Positions 30,901 through 41,256 of a stretch of DNA of 64,000 nucleotides are shown here, in pieces. Numbering within the stretch: position 1 is the stretch's first letter; each line of letters begins with the position of its first letter. The position numbers and the translations under genes are program-made. The DNA lies in the NCBI GenBank assembly GCA_014727915.1, contig WJMO01000004.1, forward strand, positions 38,309 to 102,308, written 5' to 3'. The DNA is from Candidatus Altiarchaeales archaeon (GTDB lineage: Archaea > Altiarchaeota > Altiarchaeia > IMC4 > SCGC-AAA252-I15). The notes below the pieces were generated by a model. It ran no database searches. It saw only the letters and a program-made list of their open reading frames with translations, and was not told where the DNA came from.

Positions 30901-32147
30901 TGCTTCCCCTCCTTCACGAGCTTATCGAGCTTATCCTGGGTCTTTGCCTCGGCAGTGATTCTTATGTAGTCTTCCGTCCCCGACGGCCTTATCAGCACCC
31001 ATCCGTCATCCTCTTCGACGCGAACACCATCAACGTCGGAATAGTTTAAATTATTTAAACTTTTCTTTAGATTATTCATGATTTTCTCCTTATTGTTGTG
31101 GTCGCAGGCTATCTTCACCCTCTCCATGGGATAGGACGGTATGTCCTCCACGAGCTCGTAGAACCTGCCGTCCGCCACCAGCTTCAACGCCTTGCCCACG
31201 GTAGCGATGCCGTCCGGGTACATGTGCACGTCAGGGAATATGTACGTGCCGCTTGGCTCCCCCCCGAAACCTGCCTTGTGATTTCTTATGCCCTCCGCCA
31301 CTGCGACATCCCCTACGGCCACTCTTATGACCTTCTTGCAGTACTCTTCTATCCTCATGGACGCGTCTACCGTAGTCACCACCTTCCTGCTCTGCGACGC
31401 CAGAACCGTTAGGAACGTATCCCACTCTATCAGCTCTCCGTCACCTCCTATCGCGCAGGTCCTGTCCGCGTCCCCGTCATGGGCGAAGGCGACGTCCACC
31501 CCGGATTTCCTCACAGCCTCGCATGTGCGCTTGAGGTTCTCCGCGGTGGGTTCCAGCCCGTGGGGGAACACTCCGTCCCTGTTGTCGTGGATAAACTTCG
31601 CCTTGCATCTCATGGATTCCAAAAGCTTTGGGGTCACGGTGCTGCCCGCCCCTCCGGCGCAGTCAACCAAGACTTTCACTCCTTCAGCCCCTCCCACAAC
31701 GCCTTCTATGAGCTTCACATGCTTGCCGGTGTAATCCTGCTTCTTTGATCCTCCTGCTCCCTCTATGAACTTCAAGGACTTCACCACCCCCTCTACCATA
31801 TCCTCCTCCTTCGGTTTGAAGGCGCCTTCCCGGTTGAAGAGCTTGAAACCATTATACTCCGGCGGGTTGTGAGAGGCTGTGACGACAGCGCCAGCACCAT
31901 GTTCGGAGGCTGCCACGCACACGGTCGGCGTGGGCGCAACCCCGACTTCAAGGACGTCAGTGCCAGTGGACAAGAGCCCCGCTATTAACGCGCTCTCCAA
32001 CCTTGGCCCGCTCGGTCGCGTGTCCCTCCCGACCGCCACCTTGCAGTCAACCACCGAGCCGAGAGCCCTGCCCAGGTTTACAGCGAACTGGTCAGGCAGT
32101 TCATCTACTCTCCTCCTAATCCCGGACGTTCCGAATAATCTACTCAT
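30879..32147 (-). CDS. glmM: Phosphoglucosamine mutase / phosphomannomutase
   Basis: FGTSGIR, TASHNP, DGDADR, IRPSGTE. Confidence 0.85.
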   Translation of the reverse strand: MSRLFGTSGIRRRVDELPDQFAVNLGRALGSVVDCKVAVGRDTRPSGPRLESALIAGLLSTGTDVLEVGVAPTPTVCVAASEHGAGAVVTASHNPPEYNGFKLFNREGAFKPKEEDMVEGVVKSLKFIEGAGGSKKQDYTGKHVKLIEGVVGGAEGVKVLVDCAGGAGSTVTPKLLESMRCKAKFIHDNRDGVFPHGLEPTAENLKRTCEAVRKSGVDVAFAHDGDADRTCAIGGDGELIEWDTFLTVLASQSRKVVTTVDASMRIEEYCKKVIRVAVGDVAVAEGIRNHKAGFGGEPSGTYIFPDVHMYPDGIATVGKALKLVADGRFYELVEDIPSYPMERVKIACDHNNKEKIMNNLKKSLNNLNYSDVDGVRVEEDDGWVLIRPSGTEDYIRITAEAKTQDKLDKLVKEGKQWIKQAT

Positions 32148-33064
32148 TTCTTCCTGTAAACTCCTCCTCTCCTGTCCCTGTATGCCTTTTCCAGCGGCAG
32201 CTGCCCCTCTTCGACCTGCCGGTGTATCAGCCTCTGGTCCGTCAACAGTATACCTCCCGGCTTGAGCCCCCCGATTATTCTATCCCTTGTGTCTTCCCTC
32301 CTCTGGACGTACTCGTTCGAACCCATAAGGAATGATACAACATCGTATGAGCCTGGTTCTATACTCTGGTCTTGTATACTGCCTACCTCGACGGTTATCC
32401 TGTCCCTGTAGTATTCCGGCACGTGCACGATGTATATGCTGTCATAGTCTATGCTCCCCGGGTCTGCCCCGTACTTGGGCTGCACTGTGCCCATCTCATA
32501 CCTGTCAGTGTTAGTATATTCTGTTCTGGAGTCTATCTTGACCCTCCTCGCCCCCGGGATGAAATCTCTCGTATAACTGCCGAGCAACCCCTTGTCCTCT
32601 TCCTGGAAGGCCCTGGGCAATGTGGTCACAACCTGCTGGGTCTCGAATATCCTCGCCACTCTCGGATTGGGTTCAACCACCCTCACATCCCATCCAATGT
32701 CCTGTTCGCCCGTCCTCTTCTGGCGCAGGCGTTCAAGGCAGCTTGCCAGCTCCAGCGCCTCCCAGCTCATGGGCCTGCGAAGGTGGGCTGGTATCTGCTC
32801 ATAGAATGGTGAGTAGCTGTACTGGACGGCCCTGCTAAGGCCCAAACCCACACCTAATGCGTGTATTTCATCTACGGCCGGCATCTGTTCAAGTTGCTTG
32901 TCCAACTCCCTGAACAGGGTCCACCGGCGGGCGAAATGGGTCTGCAACTCCACAGAATCGCTTTTTACCCATCCAAAACGTGCTTCCCTGCCGTCCTGCC
33001 ACCTCTTCAAAACTCCCTTGAGCTTGTCCTCGTCTTCGGGTGTGAACTCGACCTCCCTCGGCAT
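32144..33064 (-). CDS. Hypothetical protein, possible class I methyltransferase-like fold
   Basis: Long ORF coupled to neighbours; YDVVSF...LKPGGILL C-terminal motif. Confidence 0.45.
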   Translation of the reverse strand: MPREVEFTPEDEDKLKGVLKRWQDGREARFGWVKSDSVELQTHFARRWTLFRELDKQLEQMPAVDEIHALGVGLGLSRAVQYSYSPFYEQIPAHLRRPMSWEALELASCLERLRQKRTGEQDIGWDVRVVEPNPRVARIFETQQVVTTLPRAFQEEDKGLLGSYTRDFIPGARRVKIDSRTEYTNTDRYEMGTVQPKYGADPGSIDYDSIYIVHVPEYYRDRITVEVGSIQDQSIEPGSYDVVSFLMGSNEYVQRREDTRDRIIGGLKPGGILLTDQRLIHRQVEEGQLPLEKAYRDRRGGVYRKK

Positions 33065-33101
33065 TATGATAGAATACTGGAAGGCTCAGAATAATAGCCT
33101 T

Positions 33102-34040
33102 CTATTTCAGCATTGCGAGCCTTGCTAGCAGGGCTTCCAGTTGTATGCGTTCGTTGGCGCCTTCCACGAGGGTGAAGTTCGCCTCCCCGACCAGGTCTAT
33201 TACCCTGACCTTGACCTTGTCGTCTGCGTCGATGTTCATGGCCTCACGGTTCATCTGCAGCAGGATGTCCTCGCCGCTCAAACCCACATTCAGCATCAGC
33301 CTGTCCAAGAGGTTCCTCGCGTCAATGAACTTGCCGGATAATGCGAGGTTGAGCAGGTCCTTTATGTCCTCAGGCCTGGCCCGCGTGGTTATGGCGTAGA
33401 CGTTCTCCTCGTCCACTTTCCCGAGGGCGGCTGCGCTCTGGAGTATGTTCACCGCTCTTCTCATGTCCCCTTCGCTCACGTACAGTATGGCCTCCAACCC
33501 GCTCTCGTCGTATTCGGCATTCTCCTCCTTCATTATCTTCTCCAGGTACTCCTTGACGGCTTCCTTCTGAATCCTGGTGAACCTGAACACCGCGCACCTG
33601 CTCTGTATGGGCTCGATGATCTTGGAGGAGTAGTTGCAGCTCAGTATGAACCTGCAGCTTCCAGTGTACTGTTCCATCGTCCGCCTCAACGCGTTCTGCG
33701 CGTCCGATGTGAGGGAGTCGCTCTCGTCCAGGAATATTATCTTGAAGTCGCCGCTCAACGGCTTGGTCCGGGCGAAATCCTTGATCTTGCTCCTCACAAC
33801 GTCTATGCCCCGCTCGTCGGAGGCGTTCAACTCGAGGAAGTCATGGGTTATGTCGCCGAACAGTTCGTTGGCGATGCAGATGGCGGCTGTCGTCTTCCCG
33901 ACTCCGGCAGGGCCTGCGAACAGCAGATGCGGCATGCTCTCAGCCTTGACATAGGCTTCCAACCTGTCGATGACCGCGTCCTGGCCGACCATCTCGCATA
34001 GCTTTCTCGGACGATATTTTTCAGTCCATGGCAGTTCCAT
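33102..34040 (-). CDS. rfcS: Replication factor C small subunit
   Basis: PWTEKYRP, GPAGVGKT, LNASDERG, IQSRC. Confidence 0.96.
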   Translation of the reverse strand: MELPWTEKYRPRKLCEMVGQDAVIDRLEAYVKAESMPHLLFAGPAGVGKTTAAICIANELFGDITHDFLELNASDERGIDVVRSKIKDFARTKPLSGDFKIIFLDESDSLTSDAQNALRRTMEQYTGSCRFILSCNYSSKIIEPIQSRCAVFRFTRIQKEAVKEYLEKIMKEENAEYDESGLEAILYVSEGDMRRAVNILQSAAALGKVDEENVYAITTRARPEDIKDLLNLALSGKFIDARNLLDRLMLNVGLSGEDILLQMNREAMNIDADDKVKVRVIDLVGEANFTLVEGANERIQLEALLARLAMLK

Positions 34041-34168
34041 ACTGTCTCACACCTCGATCGATACCATATAAACTGACTTTCACGGTTTATATATCCGCCT
34101 CCTACCTGGCTCTTTTTCACCCATTTGCCTGTTTATTACTACTTAAAAACTAAAAACATATATCTAAT

Positions 34169-34759
34169 ATGGTCCGGGATACGGGTGATAGGGGGCTTAT
34201 GGGCCTGGGAGCGCTTATAATCCTCATTGCCATACTCTTGGCTGCCTCGGTCGCGGCTCTTGTCCTCATAAGCACCAACCAGTCCCTTGTCAGGCGGCAT
34301 GAGCAGACCCAGAAGGAGAAGACACAGAGCATCCAGCACCCGATCATCGTGGAGATGGTTAAGGGGTGGGACGGCAACGCCGACGGGGACATAGACAGGC
34401 TTGGAGTGGTCGTCCGCCTTCACTGGGGTGACGACCCCATAAACTTCAACCGCACCGTCGTCATGGTGGACTCGAACGCGATCAACTGCACTTCTATCTA
34501 CTATGGGTCATTGTCTGCCTCCACGTGCGAATACACGCTCAACTATCTGCGCCAGGGATCGGATTGGGAGCAGGACTACCTTCACCCCGGGGACATGGTG
34601 GAGATGAGATTCTCCGGCTCTAATCTCTTGGGCGGCGTTGAGGACATGGATTCCAAGTTCACCTTCATGCCGTCCCATGGGATGCCCACCAGGTTGAGAG
34701 TGGAGATTCCCCGGCGTATTTACCCCGCTAACATGGAGTTGTGGCCGTTGAACGACTGA
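34169..34759 (+). CDS. Archaellin/type IV pilin-like protein
   Basis: Class III signal peptide DRG|LMGLGALIILIAILLAASVAALVL; L.PGD motif as in FlaB. Confidence 0.75.
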   Translation: MVRDTGDRGLMGLGALIILIAILLAASVAALVLISTNQSLVRRHEQTQKEKTQSIQHPIIVEMVKGWDGNADGDIDRLGVVVRLHWGDDPINFNRTVVMVDSNAINCTSIYYGSLSASTCEYTLNYLRQGSDWEQDYLHPGDMVEMRFSGSNLLGGVEDMDSKFTFMPSHGMPTRLRVEIPRRIYPANMELWPLND

Positions 34760-34801
34760 CTTGGCACTTTATATTTTTGAATCGAATAATTCACTCCTAA
34801 G

Positions 34802-37800
34802 ATGGCTGTTGAAGAGGTGGGCGAGTACAACCCACGGGAGCTGGAGGAGTGGATCCTATGGTATTGGCGGGAGAACAAGGTCATGCAGAAGACCCTTCAG
34901 CCAAGGGAGGGCGAGCTTTTCTCTTTCCTGGAGGGCCCGCCTACCGCAAACGCCCCCCCGGCGCTCCACCACGTCGAGGCCAGGACGTTCAAGGACATAG
35001 TGAACAGGTTCCAGTTCATGCAGGGCAAGAGCGTCCCCCGGAAGGCCGGGTGGGACTGCCATGGCCTGCCCGTTGAGGTTCAGGTGGAGAAGGACTTGGA
35101 TTTGGAGAGCAAGAAGGACATAGTCGAATACGGCGTTGACAGGTTCGTTGAGAAGTGCCGGGAGTCCGTGTTCAGCCACATCAAAGAATGGGATTCCCTT
35201 ACCGAGCGGATGGCATACTGGATAGACCTTGAGAACCCGTATGTCACGATGGCGGACGACTACATCGAGAGCGTATGGTGGAGCCTCAAGCAATTGTGGG
35301 ACAAGAAATTGCTGTATGAGGGCTACAGGGTAGTCCCCTACTGCCCCCGGTGCGGCACTCCACTTTCGTCACATGAGGTGGCCCAGGGGTACAAGTCCAT
35401 TAAGGAGGAGACAGTCATAGTTTCACTGCGGGCCAAGGAGCGGGATTTCAGCTTTCTAGCCTGGACTACCACGCCTTGGACGCTGTTGAGCAATGTGGCC
35501 CTGGCGGTCAACCCCGACATAAAATATGCTGTTATAAAGTTCAAGGGCGAGAACTACGTTCTCGCCAAGGACCTTGCTGAGAAGCGCTTCCCCGAGGCGG
35601 GCGTGGTCGAGGAGATCAAGGGCTCTGAACTGGCTGGCATGGAATACTATCCCGTGTTCACCCACTTCACAGGCAAGGTAGACAAGCCTGCCTGGCGTGT
35701 GGTCACAGGGGATTTTGTGACCACCGAGGAAGGCACAGGGATAGTCCACATCGCCCCCGCATTCGGAGAGGACGACTACATAGTCGGCGAAGCGAATGGC
35801 ATGCCCCTCATAAACCCCGTCGAGTTGGACGGGAAGTTCAACAGCGACGTCCCGGAGTTGGAAGGCGAGTTCGTGAAGGACGCCGACCACAAGATAATCA
35901 ACTGGCTGGATGAGATGGGCGTGCTGGTCGCTAAATACCCCTACGAACACGATTATCCCTTCTGCTGGAGATGCAAGACACCCCTCCTCTACTATGCGAT
36001 GAAGTCCTGGTTCGTCAAAGTATCCGATGTTGTGCCCAGCCTGCTTGATAAGAACTCCGAGGTCGCATGGTATCCGGAGTCCATCGGCACGGGGCGGTTC
36101 GGGAAGTGGATCGAGAACGCCCGTGACTGGGGCCTTTCCAGGAACCGTTTCTGGGGAACTCCACTGCCCATCTGGCGGTGCGAGTGCGGGGATATACGGG
36201 TTGTTGGCTCCCGTAAGGAGCTTTTGGAGAATTCCGTTGGAGAGGTGAAGGAGGACATCGAGCTGCACCGGCCCTACGTCGACGCTGTCAAGTTCAAGTG
36301 CAACTGTGGGAAGGAGATGGAACGGGTCGAGTACGTGATCGACTGCTGGTATGACAGTGGCGCTGCAACCTTCGCCCAATTCCACTATCCCTTTGAGAAC
36401 AAGGAGTTGTTCGAGAATAGCTTCCCATACTCTTTCATATGCGAGGCAACAGACCAGACCCGCGGGTGGTTCTACACGCTGCTGGTCCTGGCCACAGTAC
36501 TTTTCGACAAGCCCGCTTACCTCAACTGCGTGGTCGCCGGGCTGCTCTTGGACGACAACGGCGAGAAGATGAGCAAGAGCAACGACAACATCATAGACCC
36601 GTGGGAGCTGTTCAACTCGGTCGGCGCCGACGCGGTCCGGCTTCAGATGTGCTCTTCAGCGCCTTGGAACGCCCGACGTTTCGGGTTGGAAAGCATGAAC
36701 GAGAACGTCGTACCCATGCTTCGGACCCTCTGGAACTGCTACTCGTTCACGGTGCGCTATCTCACACTCGACGGCTTCGACCCCCGTGAGGCTGACTTGG
36801 AGGAGGCTGAACTGACGATCGAGGACCAGTGGATACTCTCGGCTGCCGACTCCATGGTCGATTCTGTCCGCCGGTCTCTGGAGTCCAACGACTACCACCA
36901 CACCCTGTCAAAGATATCGGACTTCATCGTGGAGGATTTCAGCAGATGGTATATCAAGCTGGTGAGGGACAGGCTTTGGCTGGAGGGCACGGACGGCGGC
37001 ATGAACCCCCTGAAGAAGTCAGCCTACATATCATTGATGGTCGTTTTCGACAGGATATGCATAGCCTTGGCCCCACTAGCCCCGTTCATGTCCGAGGCGA
37101 TATACGTCAACCTGGTGAAACGTGACGTGCCCAGCGTCCACCTGGTCTCCTGGCCGTTTCCGGGTAAGGTGGATGAGGAGCTCATATCCCAGATGAGGGT
37201 CGTGCGCAGGCTGTTCGAGGCTGGCAGCAGGTGCCGCCAGGAGGCTAAGATCAAGTTGAGATACCCGATAGCAAAGGTGCGGGTCTCCGGCGACTCCGAT
37301 GTGAAGGCCGCGGTCGAGCGCCTTCAGCCGGTGATATTGAAGCAGTTGAACTGCAAGGCTGTGGAGTACGTCGACTCCCTGCCGGACGTCAGATACGCTG
37401 CGACACCGGACTTCAGCGTGATAGGCCCCAAGCACGGCAAGGACGCTAACAGGGTCTCCGAGGCTATAAAGTCAAACCCTGCCGAGGCGAAGTCCATAAG
37501 GGAGTCGGGGAACCCGGGGAAGATCGGAGACTTCGAAGTCACGCCCGGCATGATATCCGACATCAAGCTGTCTGTGCCCGAGAAATACGCTGCCGCCCAG
37601 TTCTCCGAGGGCTCCTCCCATGGTGTGGTGTTGATCGAGACGGAACGGAGCGAAACCCTGCTGAAGGAGGCGTTGGCCCGCGACCTGATAAGGAACGTCC
37701 AGGAATTACGGAAGAAGAACAATCTGGAGGAGCTTCAGAGGATCAACGTGGAGGTCTCGAAGTCCGAGAAGGTCGAGGCCATGCTATCAGAATTCAAGGA

Positions 37801-37912
37801 CATGATACTCGAGGAGGTCCGCGCAGAAGGCCTTAACACGGTTGAAAACCTCGAAACACCTGAAAACTTCAAATACGAAGGTGAAACCGTGTTTTTCAAG
37901 ATATCCTACTGA
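34802..37912 (+). CDS. ileS: Isoleucyl-tRNA synthetase (type 2), ALHH variant
   Basis: EGPPTAN, GWDCHGLP, WTTTPWTL, GTGIVH, KMSKS. Confidence 0.96.
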   Translation: MAVEEVGEYNPRELEEWILWYWRENKVMQKTLQPREGELFSFLEGPPTANAPPALHHVEARTFKDIVNRFQFMQGKSVPRKAGWDCHGLPVEVQVEKDLDLESKKDIVEYGVDRFVEKCRESVFSHIKEWDSLTERMAYWIDLENPYVTMADDYIESVWWSLKQLWDKKLLYEGYRVVPYCPRCGTPLSSHEVAQGYKSIKEETVIVSLRAKERDFSFLAWTTTPWTLLSNVALAVNPDIKYAVIKFKGENYVLAKDLAEKRFPEAGVVEEIKGSELAGMEYYPVFTHFTGKVDKPAWRVVTGDFVTTEEGTGIVHIAPAFGEDDYIVGEANGMPLINPVELDGKFNSDVPELEGEFVKDADHKIINWLDEMGVLVAKYPYEHDYPFCWRCKTPLLYYAMKSWFVKVSDVVPSLLDKNSEVAWYPESIGTGRFGKWIENARDWGLSRNRFWGTPLPIWRCECGDIRVVGSRKELLENSVGEVKEDIELHRPYVDAVKFKCNCGKEMERVEYVIDCWYDSGAATFAQFHYPFENKELFENSFPYSFICEATDQTRGWFYTLLVLATVLFDKPAYLNCVVAGLLLDDNGEKMSKSNDNIIDPWELFNSVGADAVRLQMCSSAPWNARRFGLESMNENVVPMLRTLWNCYSFTVRYLTLDGFDPREADLEEAELTIEDQWILSAADSMVDSVRRSLESNDYHHTLSKISDFIVEDFSRWYIKLVRDRLWLEGTDGGMNPLKKSAYISLMVVFDRICIALAPLAPFMSEAIYVNLVKRDVPSVHLVSWPFPGKVDEELISQMRVVRRLFEAGSRCRQEAKIKLRYPIAKVRVSGDSDVKAAVERLQPVILKQLNCKAVEYVDSLPDVRYAATPDFSVIGPKHGKDANRVSEAIKSNPAEAKSIRESGNPGKIGDFEVTPGMISDIKLSVPEKYAAAQFSEGSSHGVVLIETERSETLLKEALARDLIRNVQELRKKNNLEELQRINVEVSKSEKVEAMLSEFKDMILEEVRAEGLNTVENLETPENFKYEGETVFFKISY

Positions 37913-37959
37913 GGGGTTTTGGTTTTTATACCATACCCTGCTATATTATATTCCGCGAA

Positions 37960-38244
37960 ATGAAAGGCTCTGATGGTTTGCGCAGGAGGACCCGGAATCT
38001 AAGGGTTAAGCCCCGGGAGAGGGGCAAGGTGAGCATCAGGTCCAGGCTGCAGAAGTTCGACGATGAAGACAGGGTTTCCATCCGGATCAACCCCGCATCC
38101 CAGAATATACCGCATCCCCGATTCAACGGTAGGACGGGCAAGGTTGTTGGCAGCCAGGGCAGGGCCTATTTTGTCGAGGTCAGGGATGGTGGCAAGTCCA
38201 AGAAGGTCTTGGTCACTCCCGAGCATTTGAGGAGGGTTCAATGA
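37960..38244 (+). CDS. rpl21e: 50S ribosomal protein L21e
   Basis: S.G.RRRTR, PHPRFNGRTG, PEHL. Confidence 0.95.
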   Translation: MKGSDGLRRRTRNLRVKPRERGKVSIRSRLQKFDDEDRVSIRINPASQNIPHPRFNGRTGKVVGSQGRAYFVEVRDGGKSKKVLVTPEHLRRVQ

Positions 38245-38588
38245 TGGATGTCGTGGATAGTAAGCCGGTCTCAATCTCCGAGGTTGCTGTTGTCCTCAAG
38301 GGCAAGGAGAAGGAGTATGCTGAGCGGGAGATAGACCTCTTATACGAGCAGAGGAGGGCCTTGGAGCATGCTGCAAAGTACAGCAAGGTCTCCGTGAAGG
38401 ATGCTGAGGCCATGAAGTCAAAGCTTTCCGAGCTTGAGCTCAACCTGACCGAGGAGAGGATAGTCAAGATAATCGATCTGATGCCAAATTCAGTTGATGA
38501 CATACGGGCTATTTTTGCAAAGGAACGCTTCAGGTATTCTGAAGAGGAGATAAAGAAGATCACTGACGTCGTTGATCAATACCGTTAG
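38241..38588 (+). CDS. rpoF: RNA polymerase subunit F (Rpo4)
   Basis: YEQRRALEHA, KIIDLMP..DDIRAIF; rpl21e-rpoF-DUF655 synteny. Confidence 0.9.
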   Translation: MMDVVDSKPVSISEVAVVLKGKEKEYAEREIDLLYEQRRALEHAAKYSKVSVKDAEAMKSKLSELELNLTEERIVKIIDLMPNSVDDIRAIFAKERFRYSEEEIKKITDVVDQYR

Positions 38589-38594
38589 TGGGGG

Positions 38595-39176
38595 GTGGTT
38601 CAATTGAAAAAAGACGACTACGCTAGAGTCCTGGATTATCTTCCAAAAGGGAAGTCTGAGGTGCCTCCGCACAAGCGCAAGCCCCTCGTCCAGGCCGTTG
38701 GGACCAGCTTCTTCTCCCTATTGGAGCTGTCCCCGAAGCAGGATGCCAACTTTGAGCTTGGCGAGAGCATCTACATAGGGGATGAAAACAGGGAGAAGAT
38801 AGACCATATCGAGAGGAGAATCAAATACGATTGGCTAACTCCGACCGCCAAGTCCGAGCTGCCGCATGTTGTAAAGGATATTGTGTTGGAGAACGATGGG
38901 CGGTTCCTAAACTTCTACAACACTGCCGGTTCCATAAGCACCCGGCAGCATAAGCTGGAGACCTTGCCGAAGATAGGCAAGCGGCATCGGGAGGAGATCA
39001 TAGAGGAGCGTGAGATACAGCCTTTCCAGAGTTTTGATGAGATGAGGTCCAGGCTGAAGAACATACCCGACCCTCTTAAGGTGTTGGTGGACAAGATAGT
39101 CGAGGAGTTGAAGGGAGATTCCAAGTATTACCTCTTCACGCCGTTGGTCGACGAATACCAGAGGCGACACGGTTAA
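38595..39176 (+). CDS. DUF655 putative RNA-binding protein
   Basis: VLDYLP.G, QAVG..FFSLLE, HKLETLPKIGK. Confidence 0.88.
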   Translation: MVQLKKDDYARVLDYLPKGKSEVPPHKRKPLVQAVGTSFFSLLELSPKQDANFELGESIYIGDENREKIDHIERRIKYDWLTPTAKSELPHVVKDIVLENDGRFLNFYNTAGSISTRQHKLETLPKIGKRHREEIIEEREIQPFQSFDEMRSRLKNIPDPLKVLVDKIVEELKGDSKYYLFTPLVDEYQRRHG

Positions 39177-39187
39177 TAACCGGTCCC

Positions 39188-39679
39188 ATGGCCTTACCCG
39201 TCTGCACCGACTGCGCTAAAAGGCGTCTGCTATGCGCTTCCTGCGAGTCTAAACTCTCCTCTGGGCTCATCAACGAATACGACGTCGAAGCGTCACGGGC
39301 GCTCTACGGTCTATTGGGTGATGGCGCGGATTTCAGGCGTGCGATACCCACGGAGGATTTCGTGGCTGTGATAGCGAAAGCGGATGATGTGGGCAGTGTC
39401 ATCGGAAGGGGTGGTGATAACATAAGGGTTCTCTCCGAGCGTCTTGGCCGTCCGGTCCGCGTAGTCGGCGAGGACGACTTCGAGGAGATGGTCAGGGCAT
39501 TAATCGCTCCCGCTCGAATCAAGGGAGTAAACGAGGTCTTCAAACCAGGCGGGGGCAGGAAGATACGGGTTAGGGTCAATGCAGAGGATCGGAAGAAGCT
39601 GAGGATGGGTGTTGAAGACCTTCGGAACCTTCTTTCAAGCCTTGCTGACGCCGAACTAGACCTGACTTTCGATTTATAA
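39188..39679 (+). CDS. NusA-like KH protein with N-terminal Zn motif
   Basis: PVCTDC..LLCASC, VIGRGG KH motif. Confidence 0.8.
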   Translation: MALPVCTDCAKRRLLCASCESKLSSGLINEYDVEASRALYGLLGDGADFRRAIPTEDFVAVIAKADDVGSVIGRGGDNIRVLSERLGRPVRVVGEDDFEEMVRALIAPARIKGVNEVFKPGGGRKIRVRVNAEDRKKLRMGVEDLRNLLSSLADAELDLTFDL

Positions 39680-39705
39680 TGTGTATTCAATAATTATGAG
39701 ACACG

Positions 39706-41004
39706 ATGAGAACGCATTACTCTGGTGATGTTTCCCCCGAATTGGACGGCGAGACCGTCACCTTGGCAGGGTGGGTGCATGAGGTAAGGGACCTGGGAAA
39801 GCTCAAGTTCCTGGTTTTGAGGGACCGGGCTGGCATGATACAGGTGACAGCCAAAGAGGGTGTCACGGATGCCAAGGCGATTTCTGCGGTGGATTCCCTT
39901 AGCAGGGAGTCGGTTTTGCAGGTAACCGGCTTGGTGAAGTCGGCTCCCAAGGCCCCCGGGGGCGTGGAGATAAACCCCACTTCAATATCTCTGATAGCCT
40001 CTGCCCAGTCGCCTCTGCCATTGGACGTTACGGGGAAGGTGGACTCCGACCTGGACACTAGGTTGAACAACCGTTTCATGGACGTTAGAAAGCCGCAGGT
40101 CCAGGCGATATTCAAGCTCAGGTCTAAGGTGTTGGAGGCCTACCGGGAGTTCTTCCTTGGCAGGGGTTTCATAGAGATCAACCCTCCGAGCATAATCGCT
40201 GCTGCCAGCGAGGGCGGCACCAACCTTTTTCCGATCACGTACTTCGAGCGCGAGGCTTTCCTCTGTCAGAGCCCGCAACTGTACAAGCAGATGATCATGT
40301 CCACCGGCTTGGACAGGGTGTTCATAACCCAGCCCGTCTTCCGGGCGGAACCCCATAACACTCCCAGGCACCTGAACGAGATCTTCATGTTGGACGTTGA
40401 GAAGGCGTTCATCGAGGATGAGGAGGGTGTGATGGAAGAATTGGAGGGTGTGTTACAGTACATACTGAAGAAGCTGGCGGATGATACTCCCGGCGAGCTT
40501 GAACTATTGGGTGCTGAGGTCGACGTCCCTAAGCTGCCTTTGAAGAGGATAGACTACGATGACGCGCTGGATCTCCTGGCCGAGAACAACCTTAAGATAG
40601 AGTGGGGCGAGGACATACCCCCGGAGGGTGAGAGGAAGCTACACGAACTCTTTAACGCTCCCTATTTCATAAAGCGCTGGCCTACCCAAATGCGCGCATT
40701 CTACTCGAGGCCTTTGGATGATGAGCCCAGATACTGCAGCGCATTCGACCTGGACTTCATGGGATTGGAGCTGTCCAGCGGAGCCCAGCGTATTCACGAC
40801 CACGACCAGCTGGTGGAGGCGCTGGAGAGCAAGGGCTTGAACCCCGAGAACTTCGAATTCTACCTGAAAGCGTTCAGGTACGGTATGCCACCCCACGGCG
40901 GCTGGGGACTGGGCGTTGAACGCATACTCACGAGCATATGCAAGCTCACGAACGTACGCGAGACCGTCCTATGGCCCAGGGACAGGCACCGGATAGAGCC
41001 TTGA
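39706..41004 (+). CDS. aspS: Aspartyl-tRNA synthetase (archaeal type, probably non-discriminating)
   Basis: [36 protein letters not shown]. Confidence 0.95.
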   Translation: MRTHYSGDVSPELDGETVTLAGWVHEVRDLGKLKFLVLRDRAGMIQVTAKEGVTDAKAISAVDSLSRESVLQVTGLVKSAPKAPGGVEINPTSISLIASAQSPLPLDVTGKVDSDLDTRLNNRFMDVRKPQVQAIFKLRSKVLEAYREFFLGRGFIEINPPSIIAAASEGGTNLFPITYFEREAFLCQSPQLYKQMIMSTGLDRVFITQPVFRAEPHNTPRHLNEIFMLDVEKAFIEDEEGVMEELEGVLQYILKKLADDTPGELELLGAEVDVPKLPLKRIDYDDALDLLAENNLKIEWGEDIPPEGERKLHELFNAPYFIKRWPTQMRAFYSRPLDDEPRYCSAFDLDFMGLELSSGAQRIHDHDQLVEALESKGLNPENFEFYLKAFRYGMPPHGGWGLGVERILTSICKLTNVRETVLWPRDRHRIEP

Positions 41005-41256
41005 ACCTATAAAAGGACGAAATTGACACTTTTCCAAGGGTGACCAAGTAATTTTTATCTTTCTGCTAACCGATTATATTACCTAGGTGTGTCTGCTGAA
41101 TTGTCTCCGTATGGTGGCGTGCTTGGGACATCCAAGATAGGGGGCACACCGCTAACTTTCAAAACCAAATACCCACACGTCTTATGCATCCTCATACAAT
41201 ATATCTGTCACAGGATAGACCCTACGCTTTTATTTGTTTTTTCATATTTGACTTCC

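Noticed and set aside
33102-34040. Intein in RFC small subunit (a common site)
   Set aside because: The 312-aa protein is normal length and continuous across Walker A
41089-41256. N-terminal extension of parvulin in the ORF track
   Set aside because: The parvulin domain begins at ATG 41257 after an AT-rich promoter-like stretch
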